DNA of 45,020 bases from Planctomycetota bacterium (GTDB lineage Bacteria > Planctomycetota > Phycisphaerae > FEN-1346), in contig JADHXV010000002.1 of the NCBI GenBank assembly GCA_016782785.1, positions 1 through 45,020 on the forward strand, in the 5' to 3' direction. The translations under genes were made by a program, and so were the position numbers. Position 1 is the stretch's first letter. The number at the start of each line of letters is the position of its first letter. Under the pieces are notes generated by a model. That model made no database searches, was not told the DNA's origin, and saw only the letters and a list, made by a program, of their open reading frames with translations. Shown here in pieces: positions 1 through 9,170 of the stretch.

Positions 1-159
1 CCCGTGGTTGAGCGTGCGGCTCGTCAGCACGCCGCTCAGCGTCACGTCGCGGAGCATGGCCTGGACGAGGACCTGGTGCGACGTTTCGCCGTCGCCGTAC
101 GAGCGGATGACGGTGTCGACGGCGTCGGCGAGGGCCGCCGCGTCCGCCGTCGGGCGGGT
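1..159 (-). CDS. Fragment of a PEP-utilising-enzyme-like (PPDK_N / ATP-grasp type) gene. Start is unresolved and the gene runs off the window. It may be 5'-truncated.
   Basis: The minus-strand frame reads TRPTADAAALADAVDTVIRSYGDGETSHQVLVQAMLRDVTLSGVLTSRTLNHG, with nearly every codon ending in G/C. The pattern V-x-V-Q-x-M...S-G-V-x-T resembles the nucleotide-binding domain of PEP synthase/PPDK-type enzymes. There is no ATG/GTG/TTG between the in-frame TGA at 178-180 and the ATG at 54-56. The ORF is absent from the track because it leaves the window. Confidence 0.3.
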
Positions 160-177
160 GTATGTTCCACCCGGATT

Positions 178-1089
178 TCAACGCATTTGACGTGCGGTGC
201 GCCACCGCGCGCAGATTTCTCCGATGGATGCAATCCACGCCCCCAGGCGTTGGCATTCGCGGATGATTTGGGCATACATGGCGGGGTAGTCCTCGGGTTC
301 CCATGGGTTGAAGAGGCACTGGTGCCAGTTGAGGGTCAAGACCCCTCCTTCGCCTCGGGCCTTTTCGATACACCGCCACACCTGCTCCTGTGGCCGTGCC
401 ATCTCCATAAGGGGTCGATCCATTACAGTCAGGGGAACCTCAAGGACCATAATAGGTTTGCGCGTTGTCGGGTCTACGGGATAGAACGGGCGGCTCGTGC
501 CCGCGCGATAGCCGATCCTTCGGGTGTAACCGAGGGAGGAGTCATACGCAAAACCGAGGCGAGCGTGTATCTGCCAGGTCTGTGGTACCCGGAGACGCAG
601 GTAGTGTTGGCGTACGCCGAGGACGGGATGGCCGAGGATGGTCTCAAGCCTGCCCTTCTCGGTGCCGAGCAGGCTTTCGTCATTGAAGGAGCGGTACGAC
701 CCGTGGAGCCCGATTTCCCAGCCACCCGCTTCAAGGTGCCGGATGACATGTTGGATCTTGGGGTCGTCCAGAGTATACCGGCCGCGGTACAAGGTGAACG
801 TACGAGGTCGCAGGGGATTGAACTTGCCGCGTTCGTCCATGAAGAAGAAGGTTGATCGGACGCCGATATCGTCCTCGAATTCCATAAGGCGCTCGAAGTT
901 CCAGTATGGGTTGTTGCCGGCCATTTGGGCTGCCAACGAGTGGAGGTGTTTCCGGAAACCGCGGTGGTCCAGGTGGCTGACACTGCCAGATATATAGTAG
1001 AGGAATTGGGCCCAGCCCTTGGAAGCACGGTCCACGTCGTGGCTCAGGGCCAGAGCGAAGGGCCGATTGTCGGGCCATGGCGTGCGCAT
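178..1089 (-). CDS. polysaccharide deacetylase family protein (NodB/CE4-like)
   Basis: 303-aa ORF. Motifs LALSHDVD, STFFF and EIGLHGSY are typical of the polysaccharide deacetylase fold. GC3 is high. It lies 16 nt downstream of the preceding cistron. Confidence 0.8.
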   Translation of the reverse strand: MRTPWPDNRPFALALSHDVDRASKGWAQFLYYISGSVSHLDHRGFRKHLHSLAAQMAGNNPYWNFERLMEFEDDIGVRSTFFFMDERGKFNPLRPRTFTLYRGRYTLDDPKIQHVIRHLEAGGWEIGLHGSYRSFNDESLLGTEKGRLETILGHPVLGVRQHYLRLRVPQTWQIHARLGFAYDSSLGYTRRIGYRAGTSRPFYPVDPTTRKPIMVLEVPLTVMDRPLMEMARPQEQVWRCIEKARGEGGVLTLNWHQCLFNPWEPEDYPAMYAQIIRECQRLGAWIASIGEICARWRTARQMR

Positions 1090-1104
1090 GGAACCAGCCT
1101 GTTG

Positions 1105-2442
1105 TCAGCGGAATGGAACATCGGCGGGGTCTGGGGCCGCGACGTCTCGCGTTGCGGCCGCCCGCCGCACATGCTTCTTGAGAAACCGGTATGCATAGCG
1201 AGGCAGGTCCACGATCGCTTTCCGAAGCCAGAGATACCGGTATCGGCCGTCCCATTGCAGGCGGGTTTTCGCAGCGAATTCCCGGTCGAATCGTGCTGCT
1301 TCGCCCAGTGAAACCGGGCGTGCAGCCGGCCTGTTGGCAGCGAGCATGTGGGGATGGAAACGGCCCGCCCGGCTGAGATACTCGGCGTAGGCATAGGCGA
1401 AATCGCCATAAGTCAGGCTGTGTCCCTGCGAGATGACGATATCGGCCTCGCGGCCGTGGCTGCTGTGAATGCGCCCCCCGCTCTTGAGCCGCGCCATCAG
1501 CGCCGCTGTCTCGGGCGTACGGCACACGACCAGGCTGACGCCGGTCTTCGTATGCGCCACGCGGGGAAGCCACGCATCGCCCACCACGATGTCGGCCAGC
1601 AGGTTCAGGTGGTCCACGCAGAGATGGCATCGCGGGAGGTTGAACGAGCGGTCGAAAGCGACCAGGTAATCGTAATCCCAACGGCGAGAGACCTGCCGCT
1701 CGCCATCAGGGAAGGTCATCCGCAACCGCCCCACGGGCCCACCGCCTCGAAATGCGATGTCCTGGATGCCATCGGCGTCCCACCCCTTCAACCAGCAGAT
1801 AGCCCGCACCGCGTGGTGCGAGTACGTCCATCCGCAGACAAGGCCAATGATCGCGTGAAGTCGCGGAAGCGACTCCCGGCGCCGGTGCATCAGGAACTTC
1901 AGGATACCTTCCACCTGGCAGGGCAACGCGACCAGGACGTAGCGGCCATCCTGCTGCTCGAGGAGGCGAAGAGCATTTTGGAATGGAATGTTGTGGTAGA
2001 TGGAGCCCGGCAAGGAGTCGACCTGGTTGGGGTCAGTGAGCAGTCGCGGCTCGAAGCGGAGCCCTTCCAGATGATCGAGAACGATAGCGCCCGTCACGCC
2101 CTCTTCGGCGAGATAAGCCCTCAGGAGTTCGCGGATGACGCCACCGGAACTTGCCCGTATGTTGCGGTCATGGTCCGTGCTCTGGGCCAGCAGGATGGAC
2201 TCCACAGGTCCAAGAGGAGTCGGCGCTGCGTGCGGAAAGCGCTGCCGGTGCAATTCATCGAAATCCACGCCTACAGCCGGACACACGGAGGCGGCCGCCT
2301 CACCTCCCGGCTCGGATGGGCGGTAAATCAGGCGCTGGGGATCGAGCACCAGGCGGAGGTTCTTCTCCGCTGCAATACAGGCGCCGCAGCCGATGCACCA
2401 GCCCTCTGCGATGACATCGCTTAAGTCCGCCGACTTGCTCAA
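1105..2442 (-). CDS. coenzyme F420 hydrogenase/dehydrogenase beta-subunit-like (FrhB-family) Fe-S protein
   Basis: 445-aa ORF. The N-terminal CIGCGACxxxC...C cluster motif is followed by an FrhB-like core. Apparent TTG start with GGAG about 9 nt upstream. This family commonly sits next to polysaccharide pyruvyl transferases. Confidence 0.7.
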   Translation of the reverse strand: MSKSADLSDVIAEGWCIGCGACIAAEKNLRLVLDPQRLIYRPSEPGGEAAASVCPAVGVDFDELHRQRFPHAAPTPLGPVESILLAQSTDHDRNIRASSGGVIRELLRAYLAEEGVTGAIVLDHLEGLRFEPRLLTDPNQVDSLPGSIYHNIPFQNALRLLEQQDGRYVLVALPCQVEGILKFLMHRRRESLPRLHAIIGLVCGWTYSHHAVRAICWLKGWDADGIQDIAFRGGGPVGRLRMTFPDGERQVSRRWDYDYLVAFDRSFNLPRCHLCVDHLNLLADIVVGDAWLPRVAHTKTGVSLVVCRTPETAALMARLKSGGRIHSSHGREADIVISQGHSLTYGDFAYAYAEYLSRAGRFHPHMLAANRPAARPVSLGEAARFDREFAAKTRLQWDGRYRYLWLRKAIVDLPRYAYRFLKKHVRRAAATRDVAAPDPADVPFR

Positions 2443-2464
2443 AGCAGGTTCTCCGCGCCGAGGT

Positions 2465-3418
2465 TCAGGATGTCTCGGACTGATGGTTGCCCGTACCGCG
2501 GCGGATGATCAGCACACCGAACACTGAGCCCAAGACCAGAAACGCCGCCGTCGAGATGGCCCGCTGCAAGAGAGTAACAGCCATGCCCTCGGCAAACCCG
2601 AGACCGGTTATCTCGGAGATGAACCCCACCATCACCTCGCGGATGCCCAGGTTTCCAGGCGTGAGCGAAAAGAAAAAACTGAGCTGCGTGGCGATGCCTA
2701 CGAAGATGACCGGCAGCAACCGGACGGGAAAGGAGAGGGCGGCGTAGGCCACGTACATCCATGCGGCAAAGATGGCGGAACTGACAACGATCAGGCACGC
2801 CAGGGAGAAGAGCAGTCGGCGGTTCGAACGCAAGGTCCGCCAACCTTCCAGCAGGACCTTGATTCGCGCGGCCAGCCAACCCTCCCGCTTCAGGAACCGG
2901 TCGGACAGGATGGCGAACGGCACCGCCACGATGCCGACGGCCAGCACCACGCCGAGCACCTTGACATTCCAGGTGCCATCGACGATACCCATGACCAGCA
3001 GAACCAGACAACCCTCTGCCGCTAAGACAATCGCCATCAGGACCGCGTTCCCGTACATGATGCTCACAAAATGCAGCATGGCTAGGCCGTACCTTCGTTT
3101 CAGATACGCGGCGCTGAAGAGGACGTCCACCCGTGCCGGCACAAACTGCTCGATGAGGCTGGCGAGCATCGGCAGTCCGTACCAGTCCACGAATCTCAAG
3201 CGGACGCCCAACCCCTTGGCCATCATCTTGCGGACCAGGCCTCGCGGGATGGATAGCCCCAGCCAGCAGGCCAGCAGACCGATCAGCGCCGCAGGCCGCA
3301 GGTCCAACAGCCGGGCAAACTTCTCTTGGTTCCGGAAGATGGCATAGGCTACGACGCTCAATAGGGCCAGCGTCAATAGCCAGGACAGCAACACGCGCAC
3401 GAGATGTCGCCGGATCAT
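2465..3418 (-). CDS. flippase-like / lysylphosphatidylglycerol-synthase-TM-region (UPF0104) membrane protein
   Basis: The ORF 2465..3673 is trimmed to the internal ATG at 3416-3418 (MIRRHLVRVLLSWLL...). That ATG forms an ATGA overlap with the stop of the upstream gene. The protein is polytopic and hydrophobic, with the family-typical TPGNLGIRE motif. Confidence 0.75.
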   Translation of the reverse strand: MIRRHLVRVLLSWLLTLALLSVVAYAIFRNQEKFARLLDLRPAALIGLLACWLGLSIPRGLVRKMMAKGLGVRLRFVDWYGLPMLASLIEQFVPARVDVLFSAAYLKRRYGLAMLHFVSIMYGNAVLMAIVLAAEGCLVLLVMGIVDGTWNVKVLGVVLAVGIVAVPFAILSDRFLKREGWLAARIKVLLEGWRTLRSNRRLLFSLACLIVVSSAIFAAWMYVAYAALSFPVRLLPVIFVGIATQLSFFFSLTPGNLGIREVMVGFISEITGLGFAEGMAVTLLQRAISTAAFLVLGSVFGVLIIRRGTGNHQSETS

Positions 3419-4728
3419 GATATGTCTCGGGAGAACACGGTATGGCCCCCCTTGTGGGAAGCGGCTGCGGTCTTCAGCACCAGGCGGACGTTCTCTACCG
3501 CTTGGCGGTGAACCTCTGGGAGGCGCTCCGCAATTTCCCTGCGAACCGCTTCGCGCTCTGCCCAGAGCCTGTGGATCAGGCTGTGGAATGAGGCCGTCTC
3601 GGCCTTCTCCCAGTTCAGCGCGAAGCGGTCCTGACCCAGCAGGCTCATCATCTCGACGTACTTGTGGCTCCAACCGAGGGCCGCCGTCGGCACGCCCGAC
3701 GATAACGCGGCCACGAGCATGTGGAACCGCGACCCCAGCGCCACCGTCCCCCGAGCAATGATGCCCTTCAGCACCGGGGCGCCAAATGCGTCCTCCAGTA
3801 TGTGGATACGCTCAGGCTGCTCCGAGAGCGAGCGGATCCGATGGCATACATGTACATCATCCAAGCCCGGCGTCGTGGAAACAGAACGCGCGTGCGGCAC
3901 CAGCAATACCGGCTGACCCGAGAGCCGAGCCAGAATGTCGCCCCCTTCCGCCATCAGCCGGGCGTATCCGTCAGGCCCGTGTTTCGGGCGCATCAGCGAC
4001 TCGACCAGATAATTCGGCCCGACAACGCAATAGGGGTCGCCCGGCGCCAAGCCTGCGGTTTCAAGGGCGCGGTCGACTTCGTCGGGTGGAGCGGGTTCCA
4101 GGCCAAAAGCTACGTCGGGCAGTTCGTGTACGGTCCGATGGGGCAGCAGCGCGCGGACCAACGAGGCGCTGCGAGGGCCGCGGGCGACCAGAACGGCAGC
4201 GCGATCCAGCAGCCAGCGGCCTGCCCACCGGACCCAGGGCTTGGTGAACGGCCCCATCGCTTGCGAAGCCTTGACGAACGGGATACCCGTGGCGGTGGCC
4301 GGAAGCAGCCACAAGGAGTTTATGACCAGGCCTGAAACCGGCCGGTCGTCCGTGAATGAAATCCCGGAGAGGTCGACCAGCACGTCGTGCGTGGCGTAAG
4401 GCCGGAACGGACCCCGTGCCAGCCATCTGTGCGGCAGGTGGAACCGCCGCAAGAGGCCGGCGACAGCCGAGAATGGCACACCCAGGAACATCTGGACGTA
4501 GGTCGGGAAGCGGAACATCTGCCATCCCAGCGTCCGGCATATCTCTTCTTCCTCATTCGGATATTTGGACAAAATGGTGATCCGAATGTTCTCGTCCAAA
4601 CGGCGCGCCGTCTGGGCCATGGTCAAATAGAGTGCCGGCCCGCCCATGTTGCCCGTCAGGCAGGCTCCGCACAGAAGGAGACGAACCTCATGGCGGCCCG
4701 CGTTCGATTCTTGTGGCGGTTGAGTCAT
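3415..4728 (-). CDS. polysaccharide pyruvyl transferase family protein (WcaK/CsaB-like)
   Basis: 437-aa ORF. The N-terminus is LLLCGACLTGNMGGPAL and the length and layout resemble WcaK-type pyruvyl transferases. ATGA overlap with the methyltransferase stop. Confidence 0.75.
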   Translation of the reverse strand: MTQPPQESNAGRHEVRLLLCGACLTGNMGGPALYLTMAQTARRLDENIRITILSKYPNEEEEICRTLGWQMFRFPTYVQMFLGVPFSAVAGLLRRFHLPHRWLARGPFRPYATHDVLVDLSGISFTDDRPVSGLVINSLWLLPATATGIPFVKASQAMGPFTKPWVRWAGRWLLDRAAVLVARGPRSASLVRALLPHRTVHELPDVAFGLEPAPPDEVDRALETAGLAPGDPYCVVGPNYLVESLMRPKHGPDGYARLMAEGGDILARLSGQPVLLVPHARSVSTTPGLDDVHVCHRIRSLSEQPERIHILEDAFGAPVLKGIIARGTVALGSRFHMLVAALSSGVPTAALGWSHKYVEMMSLLGQDRFALNWEKAETASFHSLIHRLWAEREAVRREIAERLPEVHRQAVENVRLVLKTAAASHKGGHTVFSRDIS

Positions 4729-5285
4729 TTCGCGACTTTCATATGCAGCATCAGGGTGTGTCCCAGCCGAGGGAGGCGCCTGAACAGATGCTCCAGGGGG
4801 AGAAAGCGGATCTCGCCCTCCACGGTGCCATAGCGCCTTAAGTCATCGACCGTGTATTGTCGCACAATGCCTTCTTGGCTTTGCCATGTATCCATGCCAA
4901 GCCATCGCTTGAACACGTCCCACGGCGACTTGCCATTGGGAACCAGGACAAGCACGCGCCCCCCCGGACGCGTGACGCGGGATGCTTCACGCAGGAAGGT
5001 GTCGAGGTGAACGTATTGGATGACCGCGCAGGCCCAGATGCAGTCAAACGTGTTGTCGGCAAAGGGCATCGCTTCACAGGTGGCTACGATCTTCTTGGGG
5101 TGGTCCAACAGGGTGAGTACGTGCAAGTTGAGGTCCAGAACTGTCACGTCCCCCTTCAGGTAAGGCAGGTAGTCGCCGATCCCGCCGCCGCACTCTAGGA
5201 TACGACCGCTCAACCGCCGAGCCCAGTTCCGGCGAAAGGGTGTGAGGAGTGACCGGTGTTTGGAAAGTCGCGACTTCGGGATCAT
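4725..5285 (-). CDS. class I SAM-dependent methyltransferase
   Basis: 186-aa ORF with the SAM-binding motif ILECGGGIGDY and an acidic post-I loop (VTVLDLN). Confidence 0.8.
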   Translation of the reverse strand: MIPKSRLSKHRSLLTPFRRNWARRLSGRILECGGGIGDYLPYLKGDVTVLDLNLHVLTLLDHPKKIVATCEAMPFADNTFDCIWACAVIQYVHLDTFLREASRVTRPGGRVLVLVPNGKSPWDVFKRWLGMDTWQSQEGIVRQYTVDDLRRYGTVEGEIRFLPLEHLFRRLPRLGHTLMLHMKVAK

Positions 5286-5557
5286 GACTCTGCCAGTTTG
5301 GTTGGCATCTTCCGATTACTCGGCCTGTGCGCGGGCAGAATCTGTCTGATCTGTTCCCGGCTGCCGGAGGCTGGAGACCATTTGGCTTGGCTCCGGCGTC
5401 GGTATGCCGCCCCGCCTTCGTGGGGCATCAAAGCGGTCATGCCGTCTTGTTCCTCGGTCTGAGCCTGCATCTCCTATTCTCCCGGAATCAGCGCCACGGG
5501 CAGGTTGGGATTCTGCGTATAACGTTCTCCGCGAACCTTCCTCGGGTGTGGCGCATC

Positions 5558-5586
5558 AGTATCGTCACGTCTCTTGTCTCTGTCAA
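5558..5586 (-). promoter_or_regulatory. sigma-70-type promoter upstream of the methyltransferase-pyruvyl transferase genes
   Basis: The minus strand reads TTGACA, a 17-nt spacer, then GATACT. The -35 overlaps the DUF354 stop codon. It shares the extended TTGACAGAG with the 6868 promoter. Confidence 0.45.
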
Positions 5587-6653
5587 CAACCGTTTGACGC
5601 GCCCGCGGGTTCCTCCGGCGGCGGCACGGTTCGCTCGACCAGGTCCACCATCCACTGGGTGACGTCGATCTTGTCGCGGAGCAATCGGGCGCGGCGCTCG
5701 GCCCAGGTGCGTTTGGCCCCGGGGTCCGAGGCCAGCCGGACGGCCTCGTCGATGGCCTCGCGCTTCGACTGCGTGGCCACGACCAGGTGGTAATCGTCGC
5801 GCAGTTCCTCGAAGTTGCCCATCGTGCCGACCAGCGACGACAGGTAGACCGACGGCGTGCCGAGAAGGGCGGCCTCGGTGGCCATCGTGGCGCCCTCGCC
5901 CACGTACACCGCCGCGTAGTGCAGGAGGTCGTGGAGGCGTTCCGGCGGCAGGGGGCACCGGTACGGCTCCAGCGCGGGGTCCAGGGCGTCTTCCGCCACC
6001 ACGAGCACGCGCGCGTGCCGCTCCAGCGACGCCACCAACTCGCGCCGCGACGCCGGGTCGAACCCGTGCTGGCCCATGTCGTGCACGGCGCCCCATGAGA
6101 CGAAGCGGACGACGGCCAGCCGCTCGCCCTCGGCCGCGCCCAGCGCCTCCAGCACCGACGGGTCCGGCCGAAAACGCGACGGATGCAGGTACGCCAACTC
6201 GTGATACCCGTTGTAGCGGACCTGTTTCGGCCCCAGCGACCGGCGGTAGCAGGCGGGCGTGCACACGACGTCGGCGAACGGCAAGTACAGGCGGACTTCC
6301 CACTTCGCGTGTTCGGTGTCGTCGAAGATCACGCTCCGCCGCCGCAGCAGGAACCCCGCGTGGGCCGCCCGGACCGACGCCACCCCCAGCAGCACGTCCG
6401 GCCCGAACGCCCGTGCCGCACGCACCATCCGGCCGTCCATCACCGGCAAGGTGACCGCCTTGCCCCACAGCGACGTGCCGTACCGCCCGAGCGGCGTATA
6501 GGCGAAGCCCTCGGCTCGCAGGAGGTCGCAGGCCACGTCCTTCTCGCTCGCGGTGACCATCAGGGCGTGGCCGGCCTCCTGCATCTGGCGGATGAAGTGC
6601 TTGAAGAAGTGCACGTGGGCGGGGTGATTGATGTCGACGACCATCCGCATCAC
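5583..6653 (-). CDS. DUF354 domain protein (predicted GT-B-like glycosyltransferase/epimerase fold)
   Basis: 356-aa ORF. The N-terminal VVDINHPAHVHFFKHFI is the signature start of DUF354 proteins. Confidence 0.7.
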   Translation of the reverse strand: MMRMVVDINHPAHVHFFKHFIRQMQEAGHALMVTASEKDVACDLLRAEGFAYTPLGRYGTSLWGKAVTLPVMDGRMVRAARAFGPDVLLGVASVRAAHAGFLLRRRSVIFDDTEHAKWEVRLYLPFADVVCTPACYRRSLGPKQVRYNGYHELAYLHPSRFRPDPSVLEALGAAEGERLAVVRFVSWGAVHDMGQHGFDPASRRELVASLERHARVLVVAEDALDPALEPYRCPLPPERLHDLLHYAAVYVGEGATMATEAALLGTPSVYLSSLVGTMGNFEELRDDYHLVVATQSKREAIDEAVRLASDPGAKRTWAERRARLLRDKIDVTQWMVDLVERTVPPPEEPAGASNGC

Positions 6654-6839
6654 ACGGTCCTCGCGGTGCCGTCGCCCTACGGGCCCGGCGGTTCCGGCGG
6701 CGAGGCGCCTCGCGGACCCCGGCCGCCCCGGCTCCTGGGTTCACCCCCGAGCGGGCCGGTGGCGGTCTCCTTCGGCCGGGTCTCTCGGCGGCGCCGGGGA
6801 CGTGGCGCCGAAACGGCGCTCCCTGTTCAGGGTCGGGGC

Positions 6840-6868
6840 ATTATCCCGGCGCGGGCGCGCTCTGTCAA
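6840..6868 (-). promoter_or_regulatory. sigma-70-type promoter upstream of DUF354 / the glycan island
   Basis: The minus strand reads TTGACA, a 17-nt spacer, then GATAAT (full -35 consensus, near-consensus -10) in an otherwise very GC-rich spacer. It lies about 190 nt upstream of the ATG at 6653. Confidence 0.5.
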
Positions 6869-7027
6869 GCGCGTGGAGGGACGGGCCGGGGGACGGGGGG
6901 ACGGACGGGTGAAGGAGGTGTGCCTGCAACGACACGGCCCGCCGCGATGGATGCCGGCGGGCGCTCGGAACCGCGTCGCCGCGCGCGGCTCCACCGCCAC
7001 CGCCCGCGCCCGGCGACCCGCCAACAA

Positions 7028-7390
7028 CTACTCGCTGATGGCCTTCCACCCTTCGTTCAGGTCGCGGAGGCAGTCGATGACCTCCTGGATGCGCTGCGGG
7101 TCGCGGCGGGTGTTGGCCTCGCTGAGGTGGCGGATCATGAAGTGATAGAGTCCGCGGAGGTTGGCCGCCACCTCGCCGCCGATCTCCACGTCGAGGCAGG
7201 CGTCCAGTTCGTTCAGGATCGCCAGGGCCTTGTTGATGAATCGGCCCTTGGCCACGCAGTTGCCGGCCGCCAGTTCGCGCTTGGCCTGCTCGAGGAACTT
7301 GATGGCCCCTTCGTACAGCAGCACCACGAGCCGGCCGCGCGTCTGCGTGGCGACCGCGTGTTCCTGGTAGGTTCGGATGTCCCCGTTCAT
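7028..7390 (-). CDS. fliS: flagellar export chaperone FliS
   Basis: YQEHAVATQTRGRLVVLLYEGAIKFL... is a four-helix FliS pattern. It sits directly after fliD. I chose the start at MNGD (AAGGA 8 nt upstream). An alternative ATG lies at 7399. Confidence 0.9.
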   Translation of the reverse strand: MNGDIRTYQEHAVATQTRGRLVVLLYEGAIKFLEQAKRELAAGNCVAKGRFINKALAILNELDACLDVEIGGEVAANLRGLYHFMIRHLSEANTRRDPQRIQEVIDCLRDLNEGWKAISE

Positions 7391-7409
7391 CTCACACATC
7401 CTTTCTGTT

Positions 7410-9068
7410 CTACTCGCTGAACCACATCGCCAGGGCGCCGCGCTGGGCCTCGATCATCGTCAGGGTGCGCTCGAGCCTGGCGAAGCGGTCTCGCAGGGAG
7501 GCTTCCAGCCGGGTCAGCCGGGCCTGCTGCCGTTCAATGTGGTCGTCGATGGTGTCGATGGCGCTCTGACACCGATCTTTGACCAGCGTGACGGCCCCGT
7601 CGGTGGCGTCGAGCAGGTCGTCGATGGCATCGTACAGGCGGCCGGCGAAGCCCTGCCGCACGCGGACCTCGGCCTCGACCGTCCCGGTGCCCGCGTACGA
7701 GGCGGTCACCTGGAGGAACGCCTCGGGGTGGTTGGCGTCGCCGATGATGACGCCCGCCTGGACCGTGGCGTCGCGCCAGGCGTCCTGGCCTTCGTCGGCG
7801 CCCTTGATCTGGGCCGAAACGAGTACGCCGCTCTCGAAAACAGCCCGCACGTCGTATGTGCCGGGCTCGGTCGGGCTGCCTGCGCCGTAGAAGCGGAGAA
7901 TGTCCGAGTCGCTCGCGCCCGTGCGGTTGGCCCCGAAGAGGCCCAGCAGGCCCAGGTAGTTCTCGCCGATCGCCTCGTTGAACGTCCCTTCGTCGAACTC
8001 CAGCGTCCCGTAGCGGTCGATGCTCAGGCCCACCTGGCCGGCCAGCGTGAAGGCGTCGGCGCCGTCGAGGAAGCCCTCGGCGGCCTCGATCAGGGGCAGG
8101 CGGATGGCCCGGTGGACGGTGTTAGGCGTGAACTCGCCCATCAGCACGCCCGCCGTGTTGGTGGCCGCGTCGTACGCCGTCTTCTGCCGGATGTACCCGA
8201 CGACCGAGTTATAGGCGCTCGTGAACGCGCTGATCTTGGTCTTCAGGCCTTCGGTGTCGCGGCTGAGGCTGATGCGGACGGTCTCGTCGTCGCCCGTCGG
8301 GGCATGCAGGTTCAGCGTGACGCCCGGCAGGATGTCGCTGATCGAATTGGTGCTCCGCGAAATCCACGCCCCCGACGGGTACCCGTCCACGCGCACCTGG
8401 GCGTCGCGGGCCGACTGGGTCTCGGTGAACGTGCTGGTCCGCAGGTCCACCGTGCCGCCCGTGCCGTCCAGGGTCGTCTGGGCGTCCTCGAGGGTCACGG
8501 CGTAGTCGGCGCCCGTGTCGTTGCCGCTGAGGACGAGGTGATACACCTGGTCGCCGCCCGCGTCGTACCGGAGGATGCTGGCGGTGACGCCCGGGTTGCC
8601 GCCGTCGTTGTTGATGAGGTCGCGGAGGGCCTCGAGCGTGGTCTCGTCGGTGGTCTGGATGATGCGGGTCTCGCCGTTGTAGGTGTAGGCCAGCACGCCT
8701 TCGCCGACGAGCGTGTCCAGGCCGGCCAGGCCGGCGTGGACCTGGCGTTCGGCGGCGGCGAGTTGGTTGATTTCGATTTCGTGGGCGCCCTCGCTGGCGC
8801 CGGTGCCGACCGCGACCGTAAGCCGCTCGGTGTTGTTCGACGCCGCGGTGTAGGCCCGGAGGCTGGACGTGGTCCGGATGGCGTCGACGGCGGACCGGAG
8901 CGACTCCAGGCGGGTCTGGAGCGTCGCGAACGCCGCCTGCTTGCTTTCCCAGTTGGACCGGCGGGCCTGGAGTTGTTCCAGCGGCCCGCGCGACGCCGCC
9001 ACCAGTTGCTGGACGATCAACTGGGTGTCGATGCCGGTCTGGAGTCCTGGCAGTGTGATGGTCGGCAC
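7410..9068 (-). CDS. fliD: flagellar filament cap protein FliD (HAP2)
   Basis: 552-aa ORF with FliD N-terminal (GIDTQLIVQQLV) and C-terminal coiled-coil regions (RFARLERTLTMIEAQ). GTG start. Located between fliC and fliS. Confidence 0.92.
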   Translation of the reverse strand: MPTITLPGLQTGIDTQLIVQQLVAASRGPLEQLQARRSNWESKQAAFATLQTRLESLRSAVDAIRTTSSLRAYTAASNNTERLTVAVGTGASEGAHEIEINQLAAAERQVHAGLAGLDTLVGEGVLAYTYNGETRIIQTTDETTLEALRDLINNDGGNPGVTASILRYDAGGDQVYHLVLSGNDTGADYAVTLEDAQTTLDGTGGTVDLRTSTFTETQSARDAQVRVDGYPSGAWISRSTNSISDILPGVTLNLHAPTGDDETVRISLSRDTEGLKTKISAFTSAYNSVVGYIRQKTAYDAATNTAGVLMGEFTPNTVHRAIRLPLIEAAEGFLDGADAFTLAGQVGLSIDRYGTLEFDEGTFNEAIGENYLGLLGLFGANRTGASDSDILRFYGAGSPTEPGTYDVRAVFESGVLVSAQIKGADEGQDAWRDATVQAGVIIGDANHPEAFLQVTASYAGTGTVEAEVRVRQGFAGRLYDAIDDLLDATDGAVTLVKDRCQSAIDTIDDHIERQQARLTRLEASLRDRFARLERTLTMIEAQRGALAMWFSE

Positions 9069-9106
9069 GGGTCACCCCCGGCGTGGGATGGCTGTCGCAA
9101 TGGTGT

Positions 9107-9158
9107 GGGAGGCGGCCTCGTACCCGCGGAGGGGAAAGTGCGGACGAGGCCGCCCCCC
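9107..9158 (-). terminator. stem-loop between fliC and fliD (terminator/attenuator candidate)
   Basis: GGGAGGCGGCCTCGT (9107-9121) pairs with ACGAGGCCGCCCCCC (9144-9158), giving about 13-15 bp. It starts 13 nt after the fliC stop. There is no clear U-tract. Confidence 0.45.
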
Positions 9159-9170
9159 GACCGTGAACGG

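Noticed and set aside
5282-5470. A 62-codon minus-strand ORF in the leader of the methyltransferase gene. It has a GGGAG ribosome-binding site and an ATGA overlap with the methyltransferase start.
   Set aside because: By my codon-by-codon read, only about two-thirds of third positions are G/C, against about 90% in real genes here. The sequence shows no motif or hydrophobic segment. It is probably non-coding leader, though a coupling uORF cannot be excluded.
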